A stretch of 64,000 nt of DNA, taken from NCBI GenBank assembly GCA_965203295.1, contig CBDBCZ010000016.1, positions 736,001 through 800,000 on the forward strand, given 5' to 3'. The first letter of the stretch is position 1; every line of letters begins with the position of its first letter. Positions 50,901 through 62,634 of this stretch are shown piece by piece. The notes under the pieces are model-generated. The model saw only the letters and a list, made by a program, of their open reading frames with translations. It had not been told where the DNA came from and searched no databases. The translations under genes and the position numbers were made by a program. Origin of the DNA: Nitrospirales bacterium. GTDB taxonomy: Bacteria; Nitrospirota; Nitrospiria; Nitrospirales; UBA8639.

Positions 50901-52359
50901 TCATAGAAGAACTGTTCATCTTAGCTATCTTTCAAATTTTTTCGCAAACAATGCAGCAGAAAGAACAGAATCATAATGCCCCTTTCTTGCCGACTGACCA
51001 ACCCTAGCATGGAAGAAATTGGCCTAAGTAACAGAACATCAAGTTGAGGTTGGCCCTATGGTAACAAAGACTTCATACAGGCATAATGGTGTGAGATATA
51101 CCTTCCGTATAGAGCCTCTTCAATGTCATAGCCACAGGTTTCAAAAAGAGACTCATGTCGGGCTTTGTGCAGCCATACCATATACCTGCAAATATACGGT
51201 TCTCCTTCATTATCCTACAGGTAGAAACAACGTATCTAATATTATGTCAATACATGTAGAAGGAATGTATACCGCTATTCATACCTCATCCTGTATGGCA
51301 GCTCATTGATACACAAATAGATAGGCCAAAAGGAAAACCCAGATGATCTAAATACAGGGATCCCATCTGTGTTGAACGTCACAGAAATGTTGTTTGGTGA
51401 TGAAAAGAATCCTAGAGACACCAGCCTCTGATACTCCGAACCATCACAGATGTCTCCTAAGCTTTCTTGCCTGCTTGTACGACTGTGAAAATGACGGTAA
51501 AGCGTCGTGCAGAATCCTTCACCTGTAGCACAAATAGCATAACTAATTGTGGTGAGGAAGTCATTACTCTGCAGTATGTTCACTTACGCTTGTAGAGAGT
51601 CTGAAGCTGAGGTTCAATAGGCACCTCGATGAAGGAAGACCGAGCTCCTTGTTCAGCAAGGTCGCTCCTGCACAATGAATTCGTGCAAACCGTTGAAGAC
51701 TGTGGCTCGTCTACCACTTGAAGGCAGCTACTACAAAAATAATGAAATTTCATGGAAGATGCAACGCTTTGAAACTGCTTTTTAAAGTGATAGATGGAGG
51801 GATGACAATTACTGCGTATAGGGCAGTGCAGTTTCAGCAGCTGAAGTAAATCGGCCAAACTTTCATAAGTTAACTTATGTCGCATTTTGTATTGCATAAT
51901 CAGTACATTGCTGGCTGATATCGTGAGTGGAGCTCCCTCATACAAAGGAAGGTCATTACTGCTGTAAGACGAGCAACCGGCATTGGTAATGAGCTCAGAT
52001 TGTTCACAATCATCTTCATCTTCCAATACACTCTGACATTCGTTTTCAAAACCAAGTACTTCCGCCTCAAGGAGTTGGGGCTGGTCACAGCTACTATTCT
52101 TGCTTTCACTGTGCATTGCAAGAGGTATCGAACGGTCAGAACCTAATGCATCACAGCCCTCAATCTCTTCTTCCACGTTACCAACAGTATCGTCGGTATC
52201 CTGTTCAAGCGATAGCACAGCACTCCCAGTCTCGGATTCCACTGCAGTGGACCGCTGTTCTCTAGCTCTTTTTCTGTTTCTATACTGTGTACTACGAGAT
52301 GCAGATCTACCTGGATCTGGAAAAGCGTACCGTTGATTGTACTGAGAACGCTCAGCCAT
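47985..52359 (-). CDS. EnSpm/CACTA transposase (Transposase_21/Tnp2 + DUF4218-like), multi-exon; 3' end approximate
   Basis: HYFCSSC, TFNTDGIPVFRSSGFSFWPIYLCINELP, TLDLPARAAVLNFIQFNGYWGCCRC, VDYMHCVLLGV, KFWK-AHELRAWLLHYS and NLHSLLHLPEVVRHLGPLWAHSCFPYEDANG across about 10 GT-AG exons. Confidence 0.9.
48983..49261. mobile_element. hAT-type MITE in a transposase intron
   Basis: CAGGGTTTCATACAGGA ... TCCTGTATGAAACCCT. Confidence 0.7.
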
Positions 52360-52560
52360 GACAGCTAGATAAGACTGGAGTTCTTATTATTCGGTATTTC
52401 AAAATAACGGGCATGGGTACGCGCATGCGCACTAAAGAATTGTGTCACATGCAATAGGCGGGCTTTAAATTAGCTTTGTCATCGGTAGCTAGCTAGCTGC
52501 GTGCTGCGCCGAACAGTGTGCCTTCAATACCAGTTGCCAGTAACCGCAACCCTTTAAGCC
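52360..52560. promoter_or_regulatory. Probable bidirectional promoter between the transposase and BEN genes
   Basis: Head-to-head ATGs 200 bp apart. Contains the palindrome GCGCATGCGC (NRF1-like site). Confidence 0.45.
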
Positions 52561-55500
52561 ATGCCAAAGAGCTTTGTTCTCGTCCGGTGGGTGGAAGAGG
52601 AGAGCGTGGGAGTCATGCCTGCATCAGCAGTTGTCGCTCAGAACCCATCGGTTGGACAGAGCTATCCTGTCAAGTGGAAGGGGAAAACGTACGAGGGAGA
52701 AATCCTCAAAATTTCAGGTGAGTGTCGTGTGTCGTCTGCCTATATTATTTGAAGCTGCTACAGGACACGCAGTAGCCTATATGTAGCCAGGTCTCATAAA
52801 TTTTGAGGCCACGCAATCCAGTAGGATATTAGACTCCTGGAAGAGCCTGAAGGCATGGTCTACAGTCCCTAACCCTTTCCCTAACCCTATATAACCCTCA
52901 GACCATGGAGTCGGATATTGCCCTCATTTGCACGCGGAAATTACGTCATCTTGGGCGTCACCGTACGCGAATTGATTTACCTCGTGCATATTATTAGCGT
53001 CTGAGTAGAGCGTGCTTTGTTTGCTGCTAGTATTTAGCAGCCAAAACAGCTATTGATGACTCCCAGGTATGAAGGAGTATATCTGGTCTCCATATGGACG
53101 CAAAAGAAGCAAGTACATCGGATTTTTGAGCTGTTCTGAACCGGGAAGCGTAGATGGTAAGCTTTGAGTGTACTAGCAAGCCTTAGCGCGTTAGCTGGAA
53201 GCTTTCTGCGATGCTTATGTCCACAATTGTGAAGTAGAGTGGTTAGATGGATAGTGCATGCATCGAAGATGGCCACTGAAAGCCTTAGAACTCGATCCTG
53301 TACCGCTCTATGTACCGTGTATCGACGATCTGGCTGTTGCTCGTGCGTTAGTTGATCGAAATGACTTCTGGTGTTTAGGCTATGGATATCTACTTGTAAT
53401 TGCAAGCTGTTTCTGGCAATAGAAGGGTTGTCCCCTAAGGGAAGCGCTGCTATGCGTGCGGGTAACATTTGTGGCCTTCCGCGTGCGCTACGCGCGAAAA
53501 TTTATTAAATACAGGCCACTTATGTGGCGCCTTACGCATGCAATGAGTTAAGTGTACACCCCCCATGGATGAGATGATTTCTCGCTCCCCCTTGGACATA
53601 TATAATTTTTCTGCTAGATGCCCCTTGGACAGGTGATTTAACCCCCCTTGGACCACTAATTTGTTTCTTTTTCCCCCACCTAGGACAAAGTTAATCCCCC
53701 GTCATTGCCCCCCGGACGAATATTTAGCTTTATTTCTGACCCCCTAGGTCAAATTAAAATCTCCATCTGTCCCCCTGGACACGTAATTGACTTAGTTTCT
53801 GACCCCCTAGGACAAAGTAATTTGGTTGGTTTTGACCCCCTAGAACTATTTAAATCCATTGTATTAACCCCCTGGACACACTAATATTTGAGCACATTTT
53901 ACCCCCCAGACGTAATTAAAGGTCATTCGATGGGGGTTTATGTTTATTAAATGGAATAGCCCATTCTACGGTGTGGTCAGTTGATAATACCTTTGCTTTT
54001 TTTTTTCCAGATGATCGTCAGCAGCTAACCAAGGACTGTGATGCACTACTTAAATGTAGCTTAACCAGAGAAGACCTGATTCAAGAAGCCGAGTGTGAGG
54101 TGGGAACAACTACTCCACAAAGTACACCAAAGAAACGCAAAACCACTGAAAGTTGTCCCAAGAAAGTACCCCGGAAGAAGTGCAAACCCACTGGCCTAGA
54201 CAAGAGTAAGGCTGCACTGAAAAGTAAGCTTGATCAACAGGCGAGAGTGCAAGCTGCCAAAGAGCGAGCGAGGCAGATGTTTAGTTTAAGCCGCTGTGAT
54301 GAGTCAGAGTCAGAGTCTGAGTTTGAGTCAGAGTCTGAAGTTGGAACTGAGGACGATATTCATCATCAGCTGGAAGAGCAGCGGAAACTAATTCAAGAAC
54401 AGAAAGAAGTAATCCGAAAGTTGAAGTCTGCAGGTATGTACAGTATAGCCGAATACATATCCAGCGCCCATGGGCAGTGAACCTTAGGATACTGTTAAAG
54501 ATGGGGGTGGGTGCTTGATATGTATTCTTCAACATTTGGCATGTAGTATCCGCCCACCACCTAGACAGTATAGTGCTACTGTTTCGATGCAACGGGTAGT
54601 GTAGCATAGCATAGCGACTTATAACTGCCAGTTGGTATAAATGTGGTAAAAACCTCCCTCCCAGAATTCCCAGATGGCATTTGCTTGATCGTTTGTCGCT
54701 CTGCTATAGTCGATTTTCTGCACTGCTTCAACGATCGCTCAGTGAATGGTAGTTGCTCGGGACCTGGGAATGAGGCTAGTGAATAGCTAGCAGAGGTAGA
54801 CTTGGCCCCAGGACCAATCAGGCCTCCCACACTTCATTCAGTTGCACGGGATCTGGGAATGAGACTAGTGAATAGCTAGCAGAGATAAACTTGGCCCCAG
54901 GACTGTTCATGACAAGAGTATTCTGCATCTCTTTCATTCTCGGTTCAGTCTCGGTATAAATACATTCATTTTTGATTGCAGTTGAACTGCGAACTAATTG
55001 TTACTCTAGCTTTGTTCCGTTTGGCCATCCCACATACCAGAAATCAACATTATTGGGTTGAGCGGAATGCTGTATTGTTAATTGGCATACCATCTTTCAA
55101 TGGGGGGTGTGGCGGTTTGGGCACGAGACTGGCCATGTCTCCACTTTGCACATACAAATTGTTGGCCTACCCTTTTAAAAGCACACAACCACAAAACTAA
55201 CTCCAAGATGTATTATTACACATTGTAGGTACTTTATCGGTGACTAACAACAAGGTGACCAATTCCACTTTTGAATCACTGCAGAAAGTGGTAAGAATTG
55301 TGTATTTATACAGTCCCACCCACGAGCAACTTGTCGCTACACGCGTGTGCACCCGTGAGTGACTCGAAAGCAACTCGCGAGCGGTAGGTTCATTACTCAC
55401 GTGTGCGAGTGGTGCACTCGCGCAGTGCGAATCACATGCGTGTTCACTGGCATGCAGTGCGAGTCACTCGCTTGTGCATATGCGAGTCGCTCGTGTACGT

Positions 55501-57470
55501 GTGAGCTGTTTAGTACGCCATGTCTTGAAGGTGCAAGAGCCGAATTTTCCACATGTAGAACGTAGTTTTGCTGTAGCCTCGTTCCCAGGCTCTACTGCCC
55601 AGCTTTTTTTTTCGCGACACAGTAAAATAAGCAAGCTAAGCAGTCTCTCTGATGGCTTATTTTACTACGTGTGAAGAAAAACTGGGCAGTAGAGCCTGAG
55701 AACGAAGATAGTTTGGTGGCAGATAAAATATTGCGTGCGTGTGATCAATCACTAGCAGTTCAATGGACTAATGTATCCAGACTTTCAAGCTTAAGTAAAT
55801 GCCAATTACGGTTGTTAAAGCATAGACTCTGTACTATTCACCAGCGCTTCCGTCATCATAGTCCTTGGTCCGTTCTGGTTGGTACGCCATTACTCTAAAA
55901 GTGCACAGTGAGTGGGCAGGTATAATTATGTGACAAATCGTCCCTTCCAGACGATTTAGCTGTATTTTTTTTTAATTTGCCTCACTGTTGTAAACATTAC
56001 TAATACCCTATATAGAGCATGCACTGCGTAAACACAGCTGTATATATAGGGGCTGTATATAATACGAATAATATGTTAATGTGCATTATTTTAGGTTAGT
56101 CCTGTGTGCTACTCTCCACCGGTTGCTGCCAAGGTACCCTGCTGATTGTAATCATGCACATTCTTGTACCTCATTATTTGTATATTCTTTCTGTGTGAAG
56201 GAGACACCAGTGAAGAGTTGCGCGACACAATTCTTCGAGGTATGTTAAATGTCATATCTGAACTGATTCCTCGAGCTGGTTTGCCTTTTTTAGTGTCTGG
56301 TCTGCCATAGCTAGGCTCCCTACACTGAATATCTCTAAGAGACACTACAAAGGAAAGCTTGTGTAAACAGTAGGCATGCTTTCCAGCACTTGGGATGAAA
56401 CTAGCCACTCTGGCTGTCCCATTCCTGACATTTATCAAGTGGATATGGCCATACAACTTCACCTCCTCAGATGGTTATAGACCTGGGTGCCTAACTGCAT
56501 GAAAACAGAGCCATGAAAGTGTGCTTCACACCCTAGTGTGTACTTGTTTATAGCTTCCTGTGTAAAAGTCATTGGCAATTATTGTAATGTGATTTTCACA
56601 TGGCTCACAGTACATGTAGGTGTGCTTCACATACGTATAATATCTATGCAGGTGCAGGAAGGAACACCATCACGTCCCTCTCCATGGGGTTTGGAAGGTC
56701 CTGAAAACCACAAGGTAGACTCGTATTATATTTATATAACATGCCCAGCAAGGGTGTCGTTGATTCATAAGCATGAAGCCCAGAGGGTTTAACATAATTT
56801 TGACTGGGTGTATCATCATTAGTGATTTAGATGGTTGCATAATTTTACATGTTCCTTTGTTGTGCAATTGCAGTTTGTTGAACATCCCTCTGCGAAAGAC
56901 AGTACTGGCAAGTGGAAGGTACAGTTGTATACGAATATATCCATATATAGCCGTGCGTTGATTGAAACTGCCGTTTACACCTTTATTTGTGCAGGAACAG
57001 AGTGGTAGGGAATGTCCGAATGACACAAAGGTACACTTTACATGTTCCTAGCTTGCATGCAATACATGTACGTGTATACCTTGTTTGTTACCATTTTGTT
57101 GACAGGCTCACCAGATCGAGTTGGTTCCTGGGTATGGAGTGTTCATTACACAAAAACAGCTTGATGAAGCCATAGCCAACAGCACTACTGCTACCAAACT
57201 CATCAGAAATTTAATTTCAGTTTATTTCGAGCCCCGTGTGCTCGCTGCTTCGAGTGCCCTGGGATCGCGCCTCAATCCAGCATTGAAAAAGGAAATCCTT
57301 GATGCTTGCTTCCGTAAGTATAATATATTGCGTAATGTTTCTCCTAACTTATACTTTGTAATGCTCACATATACAGGGTTTGTCCAGCAGCAGTACAAAG
57401 TGCCTCGTACAAACCTTGTTGATGCTGTGAACGATAAGTGCGCACAGTGTCGCAGGAAAAAGACCAAGTG
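52561..57470 (+). CDS. CACTA accessory protein: N-terminal beta-rich domain, basic/acidic coiled coil, C-terminal BEN-like domain
   Basis: Exons 52561-52717, 54011-54433, several small uncertain exons at 56.1-57.0 kb, 57106-57313 and 57378-57470. C-terminus ATKLIRNLISVYFEPRVLAASSALG...LKKEILDACF-RFVQQQY...LVDAVNDKCAQCRR fits the BEN pattern. Confidence 0.7.
55574..55710. mobile_element. AcademH-type MITE, degenerate
   Basis: TAGCCTCGTTCCCAGGCTCTACTGCCCAG / CTGGGCAGTAGAGCCTGAGAACGAAGATA. Confidence 0.7.
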
Positions 57471-57774
57471 AACAAGTGAAGTACAAGTGAACATACCATT
57501 TCAACAACCAAGTATTTACTGTAGCTGTATGTGATTTACAGCTTCTGGTTAGCCTGATTATACTCATAACTATTCTGGTATTATGTTGATATATATAAAT
57601 AAGCTTTAAGTGAGCCTCTATCACTTGTTTTTAAGTGTTAGTGAACCTATAGTTAGCTCTGTCGCTCATGTGTTGTATTCACTTCATTTTGATTCACTTC
57701 CTTTGAACATTTCATTCTGGCATTATTACATTTCATTCTGGCATTATTACTTTTAAAGTAACGCTGTACTGGCA

Positions 57775-58055
57775 TGTTGCCAAGGTTAATTGTTGCAACC
57801 TTATTGGCAAGGTTGTTGCAACCTTGTTGGCAAGGTTGTTGCAACCTTGTTGGAAAGGTTGTTGCAACCTTGTTGGCAAGGTTGTTGCAACCTTGTTGGC
57901 AAGGTTGTTCCAACCTTGAGACAAGCTTGTTGCAACCTAGAAACTGTGTCAAATCCACGGTTGTTACATGGCTACCACAACCTAGAAACAAGGTTGCTAC
58001 AACCACCATTGGCAACCTTGTTGAATGCTTGTTACAAGGTTGAGACAACCTTGGC
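57775..58055. repeat. Right subterminal 22-bp palindromic repeat array of the CACTA element
   Basis: TTGGCAAGGTTGTTGCAACCTTG repeated about 6 times, then degenerate copies. Confidence 0.9.
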
Positions 58056-61000
58056 TTTTTCTTATGGGTAATAATGCTATAATATGCTCAGTGAATAATT
58101 GTGTAACAATTCCTGTCTGTTTACAGGTACCATTGAGAATGCACACTGTCAAGCAGTTAATGAGCCACCTACAACTACAAAGAAATATGTAACTGTAAGT
58201 GAACATGATCATGTCACAAGCTAAGTTCAACATGCATAATGAATATTTTTTTACATACCTCATAGGCCTCTGTGTCCATGACCTCCAAAGCTGACTCTCG
58301 GACGAAGTTGCTCACTGAGGATGTGTCGAATATTGGATTAGCACTAGCAGGTGGTCACTTACCATCTCTAGCTAAGGCAGTAGTGAATCATGAGCCTCTC
58401 TACGAGTTGATATTCTCACTCATTCTTGATAGGATAGATGTTGGTTGAGTGTAACACCCTCTGTCAACGTAGTGCAGTGCCACAGTCTTTGTTTCGGAAG
58501 ATCCCAGTAGCGCAGATGGGTGAATTCGATTGGAAGCGTTGCATGGATGAGCTTGCTGTAAAGTGTCAATCACTGCTGCAGATCCTTACGAAGATTGCAT
58601 GTCACAGTGACCATCGCAACAAGAAGAAGATCGATACTGTTCACTATCCGAGTATCTGCATGGCAGCTGCTGTCATCCTGAAGGAGAGGAACAGAGAGAT
58701 GTGTGGGCTGCAGTCACTAACGTCCCTTCTTTTGTTCGCATCACGTGTTGAAAAGCAGGTATGACTAGACTCTACTTATATAGCACTAACTAATTTAATT
58801 AGCACCAGGCTAGTTACTGAAATCCTCTATGCCACAAAGAGAGTGTTACCCTCATGGTTTCTCTTTTATCACTGAATATTGTATGTGTAGTCCATGATCA
58901 ACACCTTCATTTAGTGCTAAATTCCTAACCCAGATGGACATGCCATATGCACTATATACATGTATACAAATGTGCATTACGTGTTAATTGAGTTTCCAAT
59001 CCCTACTCTACTACTTCAGGTATATTCCAGGTTGAATCACATCAGCGTGTGCGTCAGCTACTCTGCGACCCTTAGACTCGTGGGAGAAGTGAGCCAACTC
59101 TTCACAATTCCTCTGCAGAAATGGATTGCTGAAGACATCATCTTTAAGTTTTGGGGTGACAATCTTGACAAAAAACGAGGAGTGCGTGACGTGCGTTCAG
59201 ATCGTCAAGGGGCGATGGTGCACATGTACAGCCTGCTTGCTGGCCGCAGCCGCACACCTGCGATTGAGCCCTCTCGTACAGGAAATGTAGCCGATTTGAC
59301 GTCCCTTCCCAGTGATTCTTTCCTGCCTAAAACAGCCGATATTCAGTGCGTCAAGAAAAACCTGGTTGTCATCGTCAGTCGCATTCTCACTCACTATATC
59401 CGTGATCTTTCCCCACTGTCCAAGTGTATTCCAAAGCACATTCTCCACAAGTACTCCAACCAAATGGCATGCAAATCAGAGGTAGTGGTGCTAGATGTAT
59501 TAATGAAGAATGAGAGCAAGCACACTGACATGCTGGATATCATGTTGAAGATGCAGGAGTACCTAGGGCCGAATTATTCTGCTGAACGCAGAGTGGCATC
59601 AGGTGGAGACCAGTTGACATGCGAGCGTCAGGTTGGTGCACAGCGGCGCATGATGGACGGAAACACCCAGGAGGAACGACTTCAATTGCTGGAACCCGTG
59701 ACGGAAGACTGGCACTGTCTGTGTGCTCTCATTAAGCCCTGTGTTGATGAATAAATAATAATATTGTAACAATATAACACAACAGTATACATGATTGTGT
59801 GTTACATTTGGGCTCCCATCTGAAACTTACCTCATTCTATCATCCTTACCTAGGTGATCTGGAGATCTCTTTACAGCCAATCTTCAAAAGATCATGGTAC
59901 GCTGGGGTACTTCAAGAGTCTACTGAATCGTATCACTGTCAAGAAGGACCCCAAGAAAGCTGTAGATGCAACTCTCGAATTCCTACGCACAGTTGTCACA
60001 GGCCATTTTCTTGCTTGTGCATGCCAACTACTGGGAATTACCGAACTTGACTCCCACGTACAGCTCCCACCTGGTATCTTGAAAAGTAGTTCGGGCCAGC
60101 AGCAAGCGTATGTGAGACGGCTTGCTACTCAAGTGGTAGAGCAATGCACATTGGTCGAGAATGCATACACAGACGAGAAGGTGATTGATGCTGGTGATCA
60201 TGTGTACAATTACACACGAGTCCTCTGCCACCTTGGATCGTTGGTACTTGAGTTTACTGATGCCTGGGCAGAGGGTGACGGTGAGCGGGTGTACCGTTGT
60301 TGGAGGCTTTTCTACCCCATTTCAAAAGTACGAATCGTACAAAGTACTCGTTGGAAGCACTGCGACTCCAGTTTCAAGTCAAAGCTATTGTGTCACCCCA
60401 GTTAGCACATCAGATTTTGTAGGATCGTTTTGTGAACACGAGGGGGGCTGGGACACAATATCCCCTGTGACCTATACAACGAACATGCAAATAAAATGTT
60501 AAAGCACATAATAGCGAGCATGGGGTTAAACTTGACAGAGGGGTCCCTTCAGAAAGCTGCACGCTCAGTGAGTACATTGCAGATGATCTGCAGACGTTTT
60601 GACAAGGAATCGGATGTTGCTGTCGGCACACGTTCACACTCCACTCTATCGGATTTGCAAGATGTTACCAAGGTGATCCGTGCTGTCATAAAGGAAAAGC
60701 TGCTGCAAGTCTCACCAAGAAGGGCACACAAAGCATATCATACAATTAAATTGAACCCTTTGTGTGATTGGGACAAGGAGAAAACCAAAGAATGGATTGA
60801 AAAGAAAAAACGAGATTTTTTAAAATTCCAAGGAGCTATGAGAAGGGAAGGAGAAGAAGGGGATGAATCTGATCACGATTCAGATTCTGATTCAGATTCT
60901 GATGCTTCCAATTAGGAGAGATGGATGCTCACAAACAAATTTTCAGTTCAGATGACACTCATGGGCATACATACTTACTATAATATATTCATGTTACTGC

Positions 61001-61363
61001 CTGTGCTCACACAATGTACCCATAGATATCGATGCTGCCAGAACCAGCTTTCACAACCTCATCTAGCAACTGATTAGAAGTTATCACGGTTTGCATGTTT
61101 GTATTTCTCCCCCCCCCCCCTCCCAATAATAAACCTCCCTTTCCCTAACAGGCTACTAGCCCTTATACAAGCTTGGAGCCAGTGAGGGGTAGGATATTAA
61201 TCGAGCCTGTTTCAGGTTAAACATGGGAGACTAACTTATGGTGTACCTTTGAACCCAGGCTTTCACTTTTTCCGCAGCCTGGGTTCCAGGCTATGTTTGA
61301 TTATGATAGAGGAGGATTGTAACAAATCTAACATCATGCAAACAGAGTGCTGTATATGTCTCT

Positions 61364-62540
61364 TCAAAACAGAACATATTTCTTTTCAACACATGCACAG
61401 ATATCACAGCACTTAGATGGTTCTCTTCCAGGTTTGGCGCACATAGGTTCGAAATGAACCAATAGCCATTTACGTCTACGTACAGTTGTGTTCTCCAGGT
61501 ACCTCCTGACACAAGCTACTTCATTGTCTCTGGTACTGATCAGCTCTTTGCGCAATGGGCAATCGATTGGCTTCCAGTATACAATGGAACATGCATGGTC
61601 ACCAGAACGCCCTCCTCTCCCACTCTCTTGAAAATAGTCATCGATACTCTGTGGGGCTCCATAATGGATTACGGTGTTGACATTTCGGAGATTAACACCC
61701 ATCCCTAGGGCAACAGTGGCAAAAACTATCCTAACCACACCATCAGGCTGTGTCATGCTCTTCAAGACAACGTCTTTGTTGTGCTGCGGTGTTGTTGCAT
61801 GGAACATTGCGAACAACCGATTATCGCTGACTTGTACCATAGTTGTAAGTCACTTGAAAGGCACCGCCCTAGTGTACAAACCCCATGTACTTAGGCGGTG
61901 CCTTTCAAGCCAGGGTACATCTATGTACCCTAGGGTACATGAGGGTTGCTGGGCAACTGTGGCTTCTTCTCAAAACTGTGAAACAATTAGCAGGCACTAT
62001 AAAAGCTACTATGGCACAAGTCATCTGTACCATGGGTTTCTAAGGTGTATGGGATTTGTACCCTCGTGCAGTTGTATGTCTTCCCTCGGGCTTCGCCCTC
62101 GGGAAGGCATACAACTGCCCTCGGGTACAAATCCCATACACCTTGAAACCCATGGTACAAATATAACTTGTTCAGATCCCGCTGGAAAGTATGAGCCACT
62201 GCCAAGCTCATAGTGGAAGTGGGCGTAAAGATCTGCACATGTGTTTAGTGATCGACAGAACACATTCACTCGTGGGGTATTAGCTTTGTGGTTTTTTAAG
62301 GAGTCAAGTAAAGGCTGCATATCTGTCTCAATGTCTGTGCGCACATGGACCTCATAAAAAATGTTAGGTCGATCAGGTGATATACTCACAAATTCACATC
62401 CAACCATCTTTAGACTCTTCACCACCTCTTCACGAATACTTCTGGTAACTGTGGCTGTGCATGCAAGGTATGGTGTATCGCTAGGGACCAGGGCTCTGAT
62501 CTCATGGAGACGACCATAGGCCTGACGGAAATCCCTGCTC
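61364..62540 (-). pseudogene. RecQ-like SF2 helicase (C-terminal exon), convergent with the AcademH transposase; disrupted by a 336-bp insertion
   Basis: FRQAYGRL, ACTATVT, SPDRPNIFY, FATVALGMGVN, VIHYGAPQSIDDYFQESGRGGRSG, RRKWLL..F and CCDIC. Confidence 0.9.
61836..62171. mobile_element. 336-bp hairpin-rich insertion with 6-bp direct repeat ACTTGT (Crypton-like non-autonomous element)
   Basis: Removing it restores the helicase frame SEQ-VSDNRLF. Contains a ~135-nt stem-loop centred on CTCGGGCTTCGCCCTCG (62025-62160). Confidence 0.65.
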
Positions 62541-62634
62541 CTGTGGAAGAAATTGATTTGATTCAATGATTATTAAGGTACGTAAGAGGTTGTAGATATT
62601 TCCTTGTACCCTGGGAAACATTCCTATGTACTTG

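Larger units (their letters stand above)
47255..58068. mobile_element. EnSpm/CACTA-superfamily DNA transposon, ~10.8 kb, with two divergent genes
   Basis: TA|CCCATACAAAAAAAAACAGGTTGTCACAACC ... GGTTGAGACAACCTTGGCTTTTTCTTATGGG|TA. Subterminal AAGGTTG..(G)CAACCTT repeat arrays at both ends. Tnp2-type transposase inside. Confidence 0.88.
46396..60915 (+). mobile_element. AcademH-like transposon 2: left end at 46396 and decayed transposase gene (46579-47170, resuming ~58126-60915), split by a CACTA insertion in an intron
   Basis: TAGCCTGGAACCCAGGCT end. CRLC...CWKC N-terminus. FWGDNLDKK, GGDQLTCERQ, EDWH, DAWAEGDGERV and CDLYNEHANK motifs; acidic tail. Frameshift at ~60310 and stop at ~60420. 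Confidence 0.8.

Noticed and set aside
52867..52900. Telomere-like CCCTAA repeats (also ~17440-17460)
   Set aside because: Only 2-3 degenerate units inside repeat fragments; not a telomeric array.
52920..53962. Probable transposon fragments in the BEN-gene intron (CCCCTTGGAC repeats, GGAATAGCCC end, CAATGAGTTAA end)
   Set aside because: Matching opposite ends and TSDs were not found, so boundaries and family cannot be supported.
57653..58071. Repetitive ORFs (LQQPCQQGCNNLANKV) here and at 47335-47688
   Set aside because: Translations of the CACTA subterminal repeats.
61836..62171. Possibility that the helicase insertion is a spliceable intron (GT...AG near the ends on the minus strand)
   Set aside because: Splicing at those GT/AG positions removes 337 nt and shifts the frame.
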